DNA of 64,000 nucleotides from Stegostoma tigrinum (GCF_030684315.1 NC_081358.1:80874458-80938457); one strand, 5' to 3'; shown: positions 50,144-62,579, numbered from the stretch's first letter. Program-made: numbers and translations. The notes: generated from the sequence alone by a model not told the origin.

Positions 50144-50994
50144 ATACATGCATGTAATTATGCTGGGAGTTGGATGGTTGAAGGCTGGTTGTAGTTGCTT
50201 CCATTTCCGGTTAAGTTTCGTGAACTAGGGACTGTCAGTTTTTTTTGTAATAATTATAAAAAGGTCAATGATTTAACAATTCCTTCACAGCCTGGAGATG
50301 CAGGCCAAGCTGTTCTGTATTTACATACACAATAAAAATGGAGAATGCTAGAGGAACTCTGGGTTCGTCATCATCTGCAGAGAAAGAATATTTTGAATGC
50401 AATATGATTGACGGGATTCTGACAAAAAGGCATTCTGGATTTGAAACATTAACTCTGTTTCTCCCTTGGCAGATGCCACCAGATCTGTGGAGCTTCTGCA
50501 GCACTTTCTACTTTTATTTCAGATTCCGGCTTCTGCAGTATTTCATTTTTATTTGACTGTATTTCTGTTTGTCTATTAGCATAATGAATATCTTAGTCTT
50601 TGAGATCTCTGAAATAGATGTTATGGAGAAATCAAAACCACCACAAACAGATATTTAAAAGTCAACTCTCCTTTTACAAGCTTCATAATAATCATTAAAG
50701 CTTTATAGGTGAATTTATTATAAGTGTAAAATTCAGAGTTAGAAAATTCTCACAAAATATTTCTATTGCATTAAAAAATGAAAACAATTTCTTTCTGGTA
50801 CTCATCGGAAATAATTTATATTTTGATTATTATTCTCATTGGGCCTTTGAAGGAATCACGAATATATTTGATCATATATTGCCATTACTTGTTAATGAGC
50901 AAGGACTTTCATGCAGTTGTTATTCTTAAATATACAATGTCGTACATTCCAGTAATGCAGCAATTGCGGTAATGTTTCCTTGTGATCGGACCTT

Positions 50995-51330
50995 TATCTA
51001 AGGCATAAGTGTGGACTATGGTGGAATATTCACCACTTGCCTGGGCTAATTCAATGCCAAAACACTTGAGAAACCTGACACCATCCAGGACAGAGCAGCC
51101 TGTTTGAATGGGAACATCACATGCTACCTTACACTCCAATCTGCACACCATCTTGATTAGGAAATATACCACCATTCATTCAATGACACAGAGCCAAAAT
51201 CCTGGAAGATTTTTATAAGCATGAGGTGGACTGCAGTATTTCAAGGAGGTGGGCTCACCACTGTCTTTTGAGGGCAATTAGGGATGGGCAACAATGGAGA
51301 CCTTAACACAAACAATCATACCCAATGAAA
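50995..51330 (+). mobile_element. Deleted 3' fragment of the CR1/L2-group LINE
   Basis: MVEYSPLAW..KPDTIQDRAA and the gggcaattagggatgggcaa tail. Confidence 0.65.
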
Positions 51331-51739
51331 TAATATTGAAAAACAATATGACACTAAATGGAAAAAATTGGCTGTAAACTGGGTCAAATCATACATTAAA
51401 TACCACAGGGGGAAAGTTATTCAACTCAATACTTGTGCATGGGGTGGGGTGGTGGGCACAACTGGAGGTCCTCAAGACACAAAATGTGTCTGTGCATTAC
51501 AGCTGCAGTGTACGTTCTTACACCTTCAGAGTTGGCCTCGTCCTCTGAATGCTGTCAGCAATCTCTGCACACAACAGTCGGTGAGAGCAGTGCAATGACA
51601 CTCTGCCTGATCCAGTCTATTTTCTAATAAAGACAAGTTGCATCTCACAGTGAAGGTAGGAAAAAGAAATGCTACAATGGAAATTCTCATAAACTAAACT
51701 AAACTAGGGCAGGCAGACGGATCTGTTGCGATGGGTGAA

Positions 51740-52775
51740 CGTAAGAACTAGGAGCAGGAGTAAGCCATCCGGCCCCTCGAGGCTGCCTTGCCATCTAATA
51801 AGATCATGGCTGATCTTTGAGACTCAGCTCTACTTACCTGCCCACTCACTGTAATGTCTAATTCCTTTACTGTTCAAAAATTTATCTAGCCTTGCCTTAA
51901 AAACAACATTCAGTGAGGCAACTTCAACCACTTCCTGGGCAGGGAATTCCACCGATTCACAACGATTTGGGTGAAGAAGTTCCTCCTGACCTCAGTCCGA
52001 CATCTGCTTCCCTTTACTGTGAGACTCTGTTCCCTAATCCTAGTTTCACCTGCTAGTGGAAACAACTTTCCTGCCTCCACCTAATCTTTTCCCTTCATAA
52101 TCTTATATGTTTCTATAAGACATCCCCTCATTCTTCTGAATTCCAAGAGTATAATCCCAGCCTATTCAGTGTATCCTCATAATCCAACCCTCTCAACTCT
52201 GGAATCAACCGAGTGAATCTGCTCTGCACCCCCTCCAGTGCTAGTGCATCTCTCCTCAAGTGAGGAGACCAAAACTGCACACAGTACTCCAGGTGTGGCC
52301 TCAACAGAACCCTATACAGCTGCAGCATAGCCTCCCTGTTTTTAAACTCCATCCCTCGAGAAATGGCAGACAAAGTTCCATTTGTCTTTTTAATCACCTG
52401 CTGCACCTGCAATATTACTTTTATCGATTCGTGCACAAGGACACCCAAGTCCCTTTGCACAACAGTGTGCTGCAATTTTTTTTACCATTTAAAACGTAGT
52501 CTATTTTGCTGTTATTCCTACCAAAATGGATAACATCACACCTATCACCATTGTACTCCATCTGCTAGACCTTTGCCCACTCACTTAGACTATCTATATC
52601 CCTCTGCAGACTTTCAGTGTCTTCTGCCCACTTTGCTCTACCACTCACCTTCGTGTTATCTGCAAATTTAGACACACCACACTTAGTCCCCAACTCCAAA
52701 TCATCTATGTAAGTTGTAAACAATTGCAGTCCCCACACTGATCCCTGAGGCACACCACTAGCCACTGACCACCAA
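51740..52775 (-). mobile_element. CR1 RT and 3' UTR fragment
   Basis: [29 protein letters not shown]. Confidence 0.9.
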
Positions 52776-52777
52776 CT

Positions 52778-52960
52778 GAGCATGTTGCTGCAGAAGGTCA
52801 AGATCAGGAGTTTACATGACATGATCCCATGGGGTACCACACTGAGAAAGAATTGGCACAGAAAGCTACGGACATTGAATGTCAGACTACAAGCCCAAAA
52901 ACATGCTAGTAGTGCCACAAGAAATCAAATGAACTCACATGAGTGATCAGTGTCAGTGAA
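52778..52960 (+). pseudogene. Possible Harbinger Myb/SANT-like remnant
   Basis: LRKNW..NVR and SPKTC**CHKKSNELT resemble W....N....RTW.QCRKKFNDL. Confidence 0.4.
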
Positions 52961-54064
52961 TGGATCTTCATATGATACCTCACACTGACCAAAACATCAA
53001 CTTCTCACACTGTCCAATATATAATATCCATCATCCTTTGCCCAACAGAACTGCTTGGTGTTCAGTACTCATGCCTGACATTCAAGTACGCCACCCTCAC
53101 CCTCACACATAGCTGGTCTTGTCTCCACATACACCCAGGCTTGGCAAGCTCCCAACTTCAACACAGTCCTGCACAATCACTGAAATTCTATCTTCCCCTC
53201 TGGCAGCAGAAGGTGCCAAAAAGTAGAGGGGAACAAAGTATAGCTGGCAGAAGACAAGGGCATGGTATTCCCAGAGTTTGATAGAGTTTGATATACCCAT
53301 ACTACGTGGCTAGCTGCAACAGGACAAGTAGCGAGTTGACTGAGGGCAATGACCACTTCCTGTCTTATGCCATATCACAAATCTCCGAACACCCTCGCCC
53401 TGCTATGTAGCAACCAGAGGATGTAATTCCAAAGTGAGGAGTCACCATTTAAGACAGAGCTAAGGAGGATTTTTTTTTCTCTCAGATAGTAGCAAATTTG
53501 TGGAATTATTTAAAATGTAAGGCTGTTGTGGCTAGGTCATTGAGTATACTCTAGGATGAGGTTAACAGAATCTAAATTATTATAGGAATCAAGGGTTATG
53601 GGGTAAAGCAGGAAAGTATAGTTGAAGATTGTCAGATGGGCTGTGATCTAATTGAATGGAGGAATGGTTTTGATGGACTGAATGATTTACTTCTGTTCCT
53701 ACATCCTCTGGTCTTGCAGTCTTATGATAAAAAAGCTTTTGGGAACCTTTGTTTTATGAGTTCCTGCTCTTCGGCATCAAGAATTACTATAGCCCAGATG
53801 CAGTAACTCAAGAAGGAAGGCAGAAGTATAAGCAGAGCACTGACTAAGGGCTCCAGTCACTTTATCTAACATTAACAGCCAACAGCCACTACACCTACTC
53901 TGAATGCTGTCAGAATTGGAATCAGCATGTTGTGAGTTGTGTATGAGTAAGCTGTACCAAGGTGAACTCTCATTGATGATTGTTTGATAGATTGCAAGAG
54001 GGTAAGGACTCATAACAACTCCAAATGGGCAGCATACAGGAGAGCACTGAATAGAAATGTACAA

Positions 54065-55030
54065 TTAGTTACTGGCTGCATTTCGGGAGGGCTGCCAGAG
54101 TGTAGTGGGGTCTGTGTTGGTGCCACAATTATTCACATTATATATTAATGATCTAGGCAAAGGAACTGAGGGTAATGTTGCTAGGTTTGAACATGACACA
54201 AAGATATGTAGCGGAGTAGGGAGGGAGACTGCAGAAGGACTTGGACAGACTAGGACAAGGGGCAAACAAATAGCAGATGGAATACAACATGCAAAAGTTA
54301 CGGTTATGCACTTTGATAGGAAGAGGCATAGACGTTTTTTTTTCTAAATGGAGAAAGGCTTCGGGGATCTGAAACACAGTTGGACTTAAGAGTCCTAGTT
54401 CAAAATTCTCTTAAGCTTCAGTCGGCAGTTAAGAAGGCAAATACAATGTTAACATTCATTTCAAGAGGGTTGGAATACAAGAGCAGGGATGTACCGCTGA
54501 GGCTGTATAAGGCTGTCAACAGAATGCATTTTGAGTATTGTGAGCAGTTTTAGGCACTGCATCTAAGGAAGGATGTGCTGGCTTTGTAGGGGGTCCAGAG
54601 GAGGATCCCAGGAATGAAGGGCTTGTAATACAAGGAGCCATTGTGAATTCTGGTTGTCTGTTCGATGGAGTTTAGACGGATGAGGGGGGGATCTCACTGA
54701 GAGGCTTAGATAAAGTGGACATGAAGATGTTTCCACTGGTAAGAGAGATTAGAATCCCAGAGCACAACTTCAGAGCGAAGGGACAGCCCTTTAGAACTGA
54801 CATGAGGAGGAATTTCTTTAGCCAGAGGGCAACTGAATCTGTGAAATTCATTGCTACAGAAGGCTGTGAAGGCCAAGTCATTGGTGTCTTTAAGACAGAG
54901 ATGGCTGAGTTCTTGGTTAGTAAGGGGATCTACGGCTATTAGGAGAAGGCAGGAAAATGGAGTTGCTAAATATATCAGCTATGATTGAATGTTGGAGAAA
55001 ACTCGATGGGTTGATTAGCTTAATTATTCT
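54065..55030 (+). mobile_element. Decayed CR1 RT and 3' UTR
   Basis: GSVLVPQLFTLYINDL..ARFEHDTK; FRTDMRRNFFSQR. Confidence 0.85.
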
Positions 55031-55800
55031 CCTTTGTCTCATAGTCCTATAACTGGCCTTTCAAACAAGCTCCCATCGATGTCTAGGAACTGGGAGGAAT
55101 CCAACTCCAAACTGGAAGAGCGCATAGTGCAGAGTTTCACCTCACCACTACCTCCACCTGCTGGATACTAGGAGACAAAGGATTAAGAGCTCTATGCTGG
55201 GTGTCCCACCCTCTGAGAATTGCCAGCTAATCAAAGGCTTCCAGATCTCCATTGCTGGCTGGGAGCAGTGACTCATCCTGGTGGAGCTGCAGAAATTCAA
55301 GTACCCGTGTATCTAGAAAATGTTGCTCTTCCTTTTCCTACAGTTCATATGTGATGTAGCCGATGTAACTTCAACAGAGATTGAGTCAGCAATGCCCCTG
55401 TTCTGTGCAGGGCAGATTTGTACATTGGGAAATGAGACAAAAAAAATAAGGTATATGTTCAGGAGAAGTAAGCAGGTGAGAATGAAATTGTTTTGGATGG
55501 AGTATTCACTTCCCTTTACCTTATATTCACCTCCCTGTACCTTTTTTTTTAAATTTCATTCTTTCCTGGGATGTGGGCATCAATGGCTGAGCCGGCATTT
55601 ATTGCTCCTTAACCAAGGAGTTGTTAAGAGTTAAGAATCAACCACATAGCAGTGGGATTCATGCCAAACCAGGTCAGAGGTAATGAGGTAGATAACTTGT
55701 GGACACAAATAGAAAGTAAATGAACATTACAGTGATGTAACTGCAACGTGACATATGCTACATCCTCAGGGATTAAAAGGTAAAATGAAATGGAGGTGGA

Positions 55801-55962
55801 AATTGTATCAGAGATAATGGGAACTGCAGATGCTGGAGAATCCAAGATAATAAAATGTGAGGCTGGATGAACACAGCAGGCCAAGCAGCATCTCAGGAGC
55901 ACAAAAGCTCCTGAGATGCTGCTTGGCCTGCTGTGTTCATCCAGCCTCACATTTTATTATCT
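55801..55962. mobile_element. Penelope-terminus fold-back element with a perfect 58-bp stem
   Basis: 55843-55900 is the exact reverse complement of 55907-55964 (6-nt loop); 15-bp TSD TGAAATGGAGGTGGA at 55786-55800 and 55963-55977. Confidence 0.92.
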
Positions 55963-56395
55963 TGAAATGGAGGTGGAGTAGTTTTGTTAATAAAGGATGG
56001 TATCAGTGCAGTGGTGTGGAGTGACAGAGGTGTAATAGAGAAATAAGTATGTTTTTGGGTGGAAATAATGAAGAGCAAGGGAAGGAAGTTACAGATGGGA
56101 GTTGTCTTCAATCCCCTGACTGTAATTCCCACTGTAGACAAGGAATAAATGAGGAAATAATGGAATTCTTTTAGAAGGGCATGACTGGACAAACCAGATG
56201 GACAAGAATAACATGGAAGATGAATTTGTAGAGTGCTTCAGGGATACTTTCTTAGAGCAGCATGTTGTACTCAAGAATGGATTATTTTAGATCTAGTGAT
56301 GTGTAATGAGATAAGAGTGATTAAGAGAGCTCAGAGGCAAGTCATAGTTAAGGATCCTCTGGGGGGTGATGATCACAAATTGGTACAATTTCAAA

Positions 56396-57860
56396 GATAA
56401 CAAGGTGTGGAGCTGGATGAACACAGCAGACCAAGCAGCATCAGAGGAGCAGGAAGGCTGACGTTTCGGGCTTAGACCCTTCTTCAAAAATAGGGGAGGG
56501 GAAGGAGTTTCTGAAATAAATAGGGAGACGGGGGGAGGCGGATAGAAGATGGATAGAGGAGAAGATGGTTGAAGAGGAGACGGATAGGTCAAAGAGGCAG
56601 GGATGGAGCCAGTAGAGGTGAGTGTAGGTGGGGAGGCAGGAAGGGTTTAGTTCAGTCCAGGGAGGGCAGACAGGTCAAGAGGGCGGGATGAGGTTAGTAG
56701 GTAGGAGAAGGGGGTGGGGCTTGAGGTGGGAGGTGGGGATAGGTGGGAAGGACAGGTTAGGGAGGCGGGAACGACCTGGGCTGGTTTTGGGATGCGATAG
56801 GGCAATGAGAGATTTTGAAGCTTGCGAAGTCCACATTGATACCATTGGGCTGCAGCGTTCCCAAGCAGAATAAGAGTTACTGCTCCTGCAACCTTCGGGT
56901 GGCATCATTGTGGCACTGCAGGAGGCCCAGGATGGACATGTTGTCTGAGGAATGGTAGGGGGAGTTGAAATAGTTTGTAACTGGGAGGTGCAGTTGTTTT
57001 GTGTGAACCGAGCATTGGTGTTTTGCAAAGCGGTCCCCAAGCCTCTGCTTGGTTTCTACGATGTAGAGGAAGCCACAACAGGAACAGCAGATGCAGTATA
57101 CTACATTAGCAGACGTGCAGGTGAACATTTGTTTAATGTCAAAAGTCTTCTTTCGGCTTAGGATGGGAGTGAGGGGGGAAGTGTAGGGGCAGGTGTAGCA
57201 CTTCCTGCAATTGCAGAGAAAAGTGATGGATGCGGTGAGGCTGGAGGGGAGTGTGGAGCAGACAAGGGCATCATGGAGGGAGTGGTCCCTCCTGAAAGCA
57301 GATAAAGGTGGGGAGGGAAAAATGTCTTTGGTGGAGGGGTCGGATTGCAGATGGCGGAAGTGTTGGAGGATGATGCATTGGATCCGGAGGTTGCTGGGGT
57401 AGTAAGTTAAGACAAGGGGAATTCTCTTTGGTTGTTATTGCAGGGAGGGGGAGTGAGGGATGAATTGCAGGAAATGCAGGACACACAGTCGAGGGCGTTC
57501 TCAACTACTGAGGGGGGCAAGTTTCAGTCCTTGAAAAACAAGGACATCTGAGATGTGTGGGAGTGGAATGCTTTATCCTGGGGGCAGATGCAGCATAGGG
57601 AAATGAATTGGGAATAGGGAATGGCATTCTTGCAGGAAGGTGGTTGGGAGGAGGTGTATTCTAGGTAGCTGTGGGAGCCAGTGGGCTTGAAATGGATATC
57701 GATTTCTAGGTTGTTGCCAGAGATGGAGACAGAGAGGTCCAGGAAGGAGAGAGAGGTATTAGAGATGGTCCAGGTGAACTTCAGGTTCAGGTGGAAAGTG
57801 ATGGTGAAGTGGATGAACTGTTCGAGCTCCTCATGGGAGCATGAGGCAGTGCCGATACAG
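56396..57860 (-). mobile_element. 5'-truncated Penelope-like element (RT C-terminus, GIY-YIG, terminal repeat)
   Basis: LKFTWTIS..SFLDLSV..KPTGSHSYL..KNAIPYSQF; NVVYCICCSCCGFLYIVETKQRLGDRF; terminal repeat with decayed hammerhead (TTGAAGA..GAAACGTC); TTCAAA at both junctions. Confidence 0.93.
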
Positions 57861-59429
57861 TTCAAAATACTAAGGCAAAACTTGTTCTAAAAGAAGGATT
57901 CAGAGAAAAGGATAAACCACCCATGGTTAACAAAGATGATCAAAGAGAGCATAAAATCACAAACTACAGCATTGGCAGGCCAGAGGATTGGGTAATTATT
58001 AAGAAGCAGCAGCAGATGATTAAGAGTTACCAAAAACAGAAAAGAATTGATTTTGAACATAAGTTTATAAGAAATACAAAACAAACAGCATGAACTCCTA
58101 TACATACATAAAAAGGAAGAAAGTAACTAAAGTGAGCATGAGGCCTCAAAGGATATGTCTGGATAATTGACAATCGGGAACAGGAAAATAGTAGATAATT
58201 ATTGCTTTGGTGTTAATGGCGGAGGGCACTAACAAAGATAATGGATACGCAAGGTGATAATGGGAAGAAGAGTCTTACAGCAGTGTGTCACGATGTACAA
58301 AATACTTAACAAGCTAATGGCACCAAAGGTGTGCAGAGGGATCGAGCAATATATTCCAGAACACATTAGATTCAGGGCAGATTCTAATGGTGTGGAAAAC
58401 CACTAACATGATGTCCCTGTTGAAGAAGAGAGGAAACCAAAAGCAGGAGGTTATACGTCAGTTAGCCCAACATCTGTTGTTTGGAAAATTCTAGAGCCTA
58501 TTATCAAGGAAGAAATAGCAAGATATTCAGAAAATCTTAATGCAATGAAATAGATCCAACGGAGGTTTGGGAAAGTGAAATCATGTTTAACATTAGAGTC
58601 AAGGTTAATAGGTTTTTTTCAGGGGTGCCAGAAGGATCAGTGCTAGAGCCTGAATTATTCATTATTCATATTAATACGTTGGAGGAGGAGGCAGAGTATA
58701 ATATATACAAATTTGTTGATGTTACAAAAATAAATGAGCACGTATGTTGAGATTAAGCCATAAGAAACTTCAAGGGTATACAGATAGGTTGAGTGATTGG
58801 ACAAAAACTTGGCAGATGACATTTAGTTTAGGAACATGTAGAGTTATGCATGTTGACGGGAAGAATCAAAATGCAGACTATTATTGTTGACAAGGCATTT
58901 CCACCAGTGGAGAATCTCAAAATAGGGGCATAGTTACAGAATGATAGGACACTCATTTTAAATTGATATGTGAAGGAAATTCTTCTCTCTGATGGCAATG
59001 AATGTATGGAATTCTTTATTTCAATGAGTTTGGAGTCTAGATAACAGAACGTATTTAAAGAAGAGGCAGATCATTTTTTAAAAAAATTTATTAAAGATTT
59101 GAGGTCTATGATGAGCCAGCACAAAAGAGGAGCTGAGGCCTGCCGTGGACCAGCTCTGAAGTTATGGAATGGCAAGGTAGCTTGAGGGGCTGAATGGCGT
59201 ATTCCTCCTCCTATTTCTTAAGTTCTAATATTCTTTTACAATATAGTGAAAAAGAAGGCACTGGCAGGCTTAACAGTTTTAAAGGTGGATAAATCTGCAG
59301 CCCTGGATGAGACATATCCCGGGCTATTGAGAAAGGTGAAGACTACATTTTCAAATTTTCAAATGACTAATTTTTAAATCCTCCCAGGCCACTAGAGTGA
59401 TGACAGAGGATGGGACAACTGCAGAGACA

Positions 59430-59995
59430 AATTCATATCGAAAGGCAAGTTTAATTGACTTGAGAAAGGCATGTAATTGGTGTGTGTACCAGATCAATAG
59501 CAAGCAAGGTAGGTAGTCTCTGATTAGTCAAAGTGTGTGCTCTGGGAATATAGCAGAGATTGACAGTCTCAATGACCCCTTTTATTTCAGAAAAAATTGT
59601 GCAATGTATGTATGTACACGTACGTGCAAATTCATTTTGCCCACGTAAAAGGGGGTATTTTTATATATCGCTTCAAGCAGACACAAATTAATTACATTCA
59701 TAAGCCCACCTAATTGCCGTTACTTGGTTTCCAATGTGACTCTTGAGTATGAGCCATATTGTTTAATGTATGATTGCCAATTGCAGAATCACATCTAATT
59801 GTTTTCTTATGTTTGCAGGCATTGATTTGTTGAACACAATTGGCATACTGCCAAATGGATAATGTAAAAAAAACATTTTTCCCAGCTCACAAATGAGAAG
59901 TATGATATATGAGTTTCGGTGCCAGTGTGGTGCCAAGTATGTATGACATATGTCCCAACTATAGGCAGGCCAAATATCAAATAGCATATGCCACT
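59430..59995. mobile_element. Second Penelope-like family, GIY-YIG fragment with an internal inversion
   Basis: + strand near 59890-59960: SMIYEFRCQCGAKYV*HMSQL; - strand 59600-59830: RCDSAIGNHTLNN...LCLLEAIY. Confidence 0.6.
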
Positions 59996-61492
59996 GACCA
60001 TCCTGTTACTTACGATAAATCCAACCCAACTGAGAATGCCATCTCAGACATGATAAAGTCTGTAAGGAATAGCTCTGCTCAGCTCAGAAAGATAATGAGG
60101 AGCTGGAAGCAAAGGAAAGTCAGGAGAATGAACTATAAACTCTGTATCATCAATTCAATAAAGATGTTTCTGGTTTACAGAAAGATCTCTAGCAGCTTAG
60201 ATCAACCATGATCTCACTGAATGGTAGGGCAGAATTGATGGACCAAATGCTCTACTACTGCTTCCAAATTTTACGGTCCTATAGTTTTATGATCTTATGG
60301 TGTTATCTAACTCTCATGTAATGCAGATTAGGAGCAGCAGGAATGGTCACAAGAGCATTGCTTGAGCTCAAAGGATTTCCAGAGAAAATAATTGACTTGG
60401 AATAGAATAGAATAGCCTTTATTGTCACGTGTACTCAAATCAGTGCAGTGAAAAGTTTATAATGACCCAACATCCTCAATCACTTCCCATGAAGTAATCC
60501 TACCATTCAAGACATTAATCTGGTGAAATTCCTTTGCATTCCCTTAGTGAAAATATAGTACTGTGACTCAGATGATGTGCTTTTTATGAGTAATATGTGC
60601 TATTTCTTGCTTTAGCTTCCTTCTTGCAGCTATGTCATTTAATTCAAGTATTAATCATGAATTAAATACTATATGCCTGAGACTAATTTTTATGTTTTCC
60701 TTATCCGATTAATTTTGTACAGTGTTTCTGAGCAACAGATGAGCCAGGATGTGCTTATTAGAGAAGGAACAACAATAAAACCAATGAAGGAAACTACTCA
60801 TTTGAGTCCAGTAACCAGTTTAAATGGCCTAAAACCAATTTTCATTCATCAAAAGTGAATAGTCCAGCGTCAAAATAAACAAATAACTATGAAGATGTCT
60901 TACAAAAGGCAACAATGAATAAAGATTGTTTTATTTTATGCTTAATTATAAAGTTAATTGTCAAAGTTTGCATATGTAAATTCAGAGGATTATATTTTAC
61001 AAAGATTAGCTTACAAAGTAATATTTCATATTGTTATTGCAATAACTCATGATGAATTTGTAATAAAGGACTAATTGATCATGATAACAAACTTAAAAAC
61101 ACAACGGCCTAGCCTTTCCTCAGGAGAGATAAACTTACCAGAGAGGAAGTGCTGTGCAAGTTTACCAGACTCATTCCTGAGATGGTGTGACTGTCCAATG
61201 AGAACACTGGGTTTATATTAGAAGATTAAAAGGTGATCTCATAAAAACTTATAAAATTCTTAAAGGGATATATAGAATTGATGCAGAAATTCCCGCAGGT
61301 TTGAGATCTAGCACTAGATGACACAGCATCAGAATAAAAGGCAAGACATTAAGCCTCTTCCAGGGATGCCTAACCTGAAGAAGTTACCCTCCTCCCTCCG
61401 GACCAACCTCAGGGAATCTCTCTCCCATTGCCATCTTCGGTCCGCCTCCCCCTCTCTCCCTATTTATTCCAGTTCCCTCTCCCCATCCCCCT

Positions 61493-61524
61493 CTCTGATG
61501 AAGGGTCCAGGCCCGAAACGTCAG
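61493..61524 (+). ncRNA. Minimal type I hammerhead ribozyme motif, unit 1
   Basis: CTGATGA (61495-61501), extra A, stem II GGGT-ccag-GCCC, GAAA (61515-61518), C, GTC (61520-61522); stem I is only about 2 bp. Confidence 0.7.
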
Positions 61525-61787
61525 CTTTTGTGCTCCTGAGATGCTGCTGGGCCTGCTGTGTTCATCCAGCCTCACATTTTATTATCTTGGAATTCTCCAG
61601 CATCTGCAGTTCCCATTATCTCTGATACTATTTTAACCTCACTGCGAAGCCTCTTCCAGGGATGCCTAACCTGAAGAAGTTACCCTCCTCCCTCCGGACC
61701 AACCTCGGGGAATCTCTCTCCATTGCCATCTTTGGTCCGCCTCCCCCTCTCTCCCTATTTATTCCAGTTCCCTCTCCCCATCCCCCT

Positions 61788-61819
61788 CTCTGATGAAGGG
61801 TCCAGGCCCGAAACGTCAG
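61788..61819 (+). ncRNA. Minimal type I hammerhead ribozyme motif, unit 2
   Basis: CTGATGA 61790-61796, GAAA 61810-61813, GTC 61815-61817. Confidence 0.7.
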
Positions 61820-62083
61820 CTTTTGTGCTCCTGAGATGCTGCTGGGCCTGCTGTGTTCATCCAGCCTCACATTTTATTATCTTGGAATTCTCCAGCATCT
61901 GCAGTTCCCATTATCTCTGATACTATTTTAACCTCACTGCGAAGCCTCTTCCAGGGATGCCTAACCTGAAGAAGTTACCCTCCTCCCTCCGGACCAACCT
62001 CAGGGAATCTCTCTCCCATTGCCATCTTCGGTCCGCCTCCCCCTCTCTCCCTATTTATTCCAGTTCCCTCTCCCCATCCCCCT

Positions 62084-62115
62084 CTCTGATGAAGGGTCTA
62101 GGCCCGAAACGTCAG
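62084..62115 (+). ncRNA. Minimal type I hammerhead ribozyme motif, unit 3
   Basis: CTGATGA 62086-62092, GAAA 62106-62109, GTC 62111-62113. Confidence 0.7.
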
Positions 62116-62579
62116 CTTTTGTGCTCCTGAGATGCTGCTTGGCCTGCTGTGTTCATCCAGCCTCACATTTTATTATCTTGGAATTCTCCAGCATCTGCAG
62201 TTCCCATTATCTCCAAGACATTAAGGATTGAGATGAAGAGGAACATCTTCACTCAGAAGGTGGCAAGGGTTTGGAATTCTATTCCACAGAGGGCTGTGGA
62301 AACTCAAGCATCATGCAAGTTCAAGACAGAGATTGATATATTTCTAGCTACTAATGATGTCAAGGGATACAGGGACACTGAGGAGATTGCATTGAGGTGG
62401 ATGATCAACCATGATCTAGAATCACAAAGCAAAGTCAAAGTACCTCCTCTTGTATCTATGTTTCCATGTTGCAAAGCATATGACTTGGCCATAAATTAAC
62501 CTTTGAGCTGATTTAGATATGAGTGTCGCTCATAAGGCTAACATCTAAAAGACTGGAACAGGACAATCAAGCTTGCTTT

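Larger units (their letters stand above)
55765..59230 (+). mobile_element. Old, deleted CR1 ORF2 (endonuclease to 3' UTR) split by two Penelope insertions
   Basis: GGGVVLLIKDGISAV, EFVECFRDTFLEQHV, ILDLVMCN, GVPEGSVLEP, WTKTWQMTF, CR1-type tail near 59210. Confidence 0.75.
61354..62213 (+). repeat. Tandem array of about 2.9 x 295-296 bp Penelope-derived units (retrozyme-like)
   Basis: Units start at 61351, 61647, 61942 and differ at only a few bases; 12-bp TSD CAAGACATTAAG at 61342-61353 and 62214-62225. Confidence 0.95.
61130..62460 (+). mobile_element. CR1 3' fragment, host of the tandem array
   Basis: RLKGDLIKTYKILKG; removing the array restores HSIRIKGKTLRIEMKRNIFTQKVARVWNS. Confidence 0.85.

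Noticed and set aside
61354-62213. CRISPR array, or repeated small CDS (MRLDEHSRPSS...)
   Set aside because: Eukaryotic context, no unique spacers, and the ORFs are incidental translations of the PLE terminal repeat.
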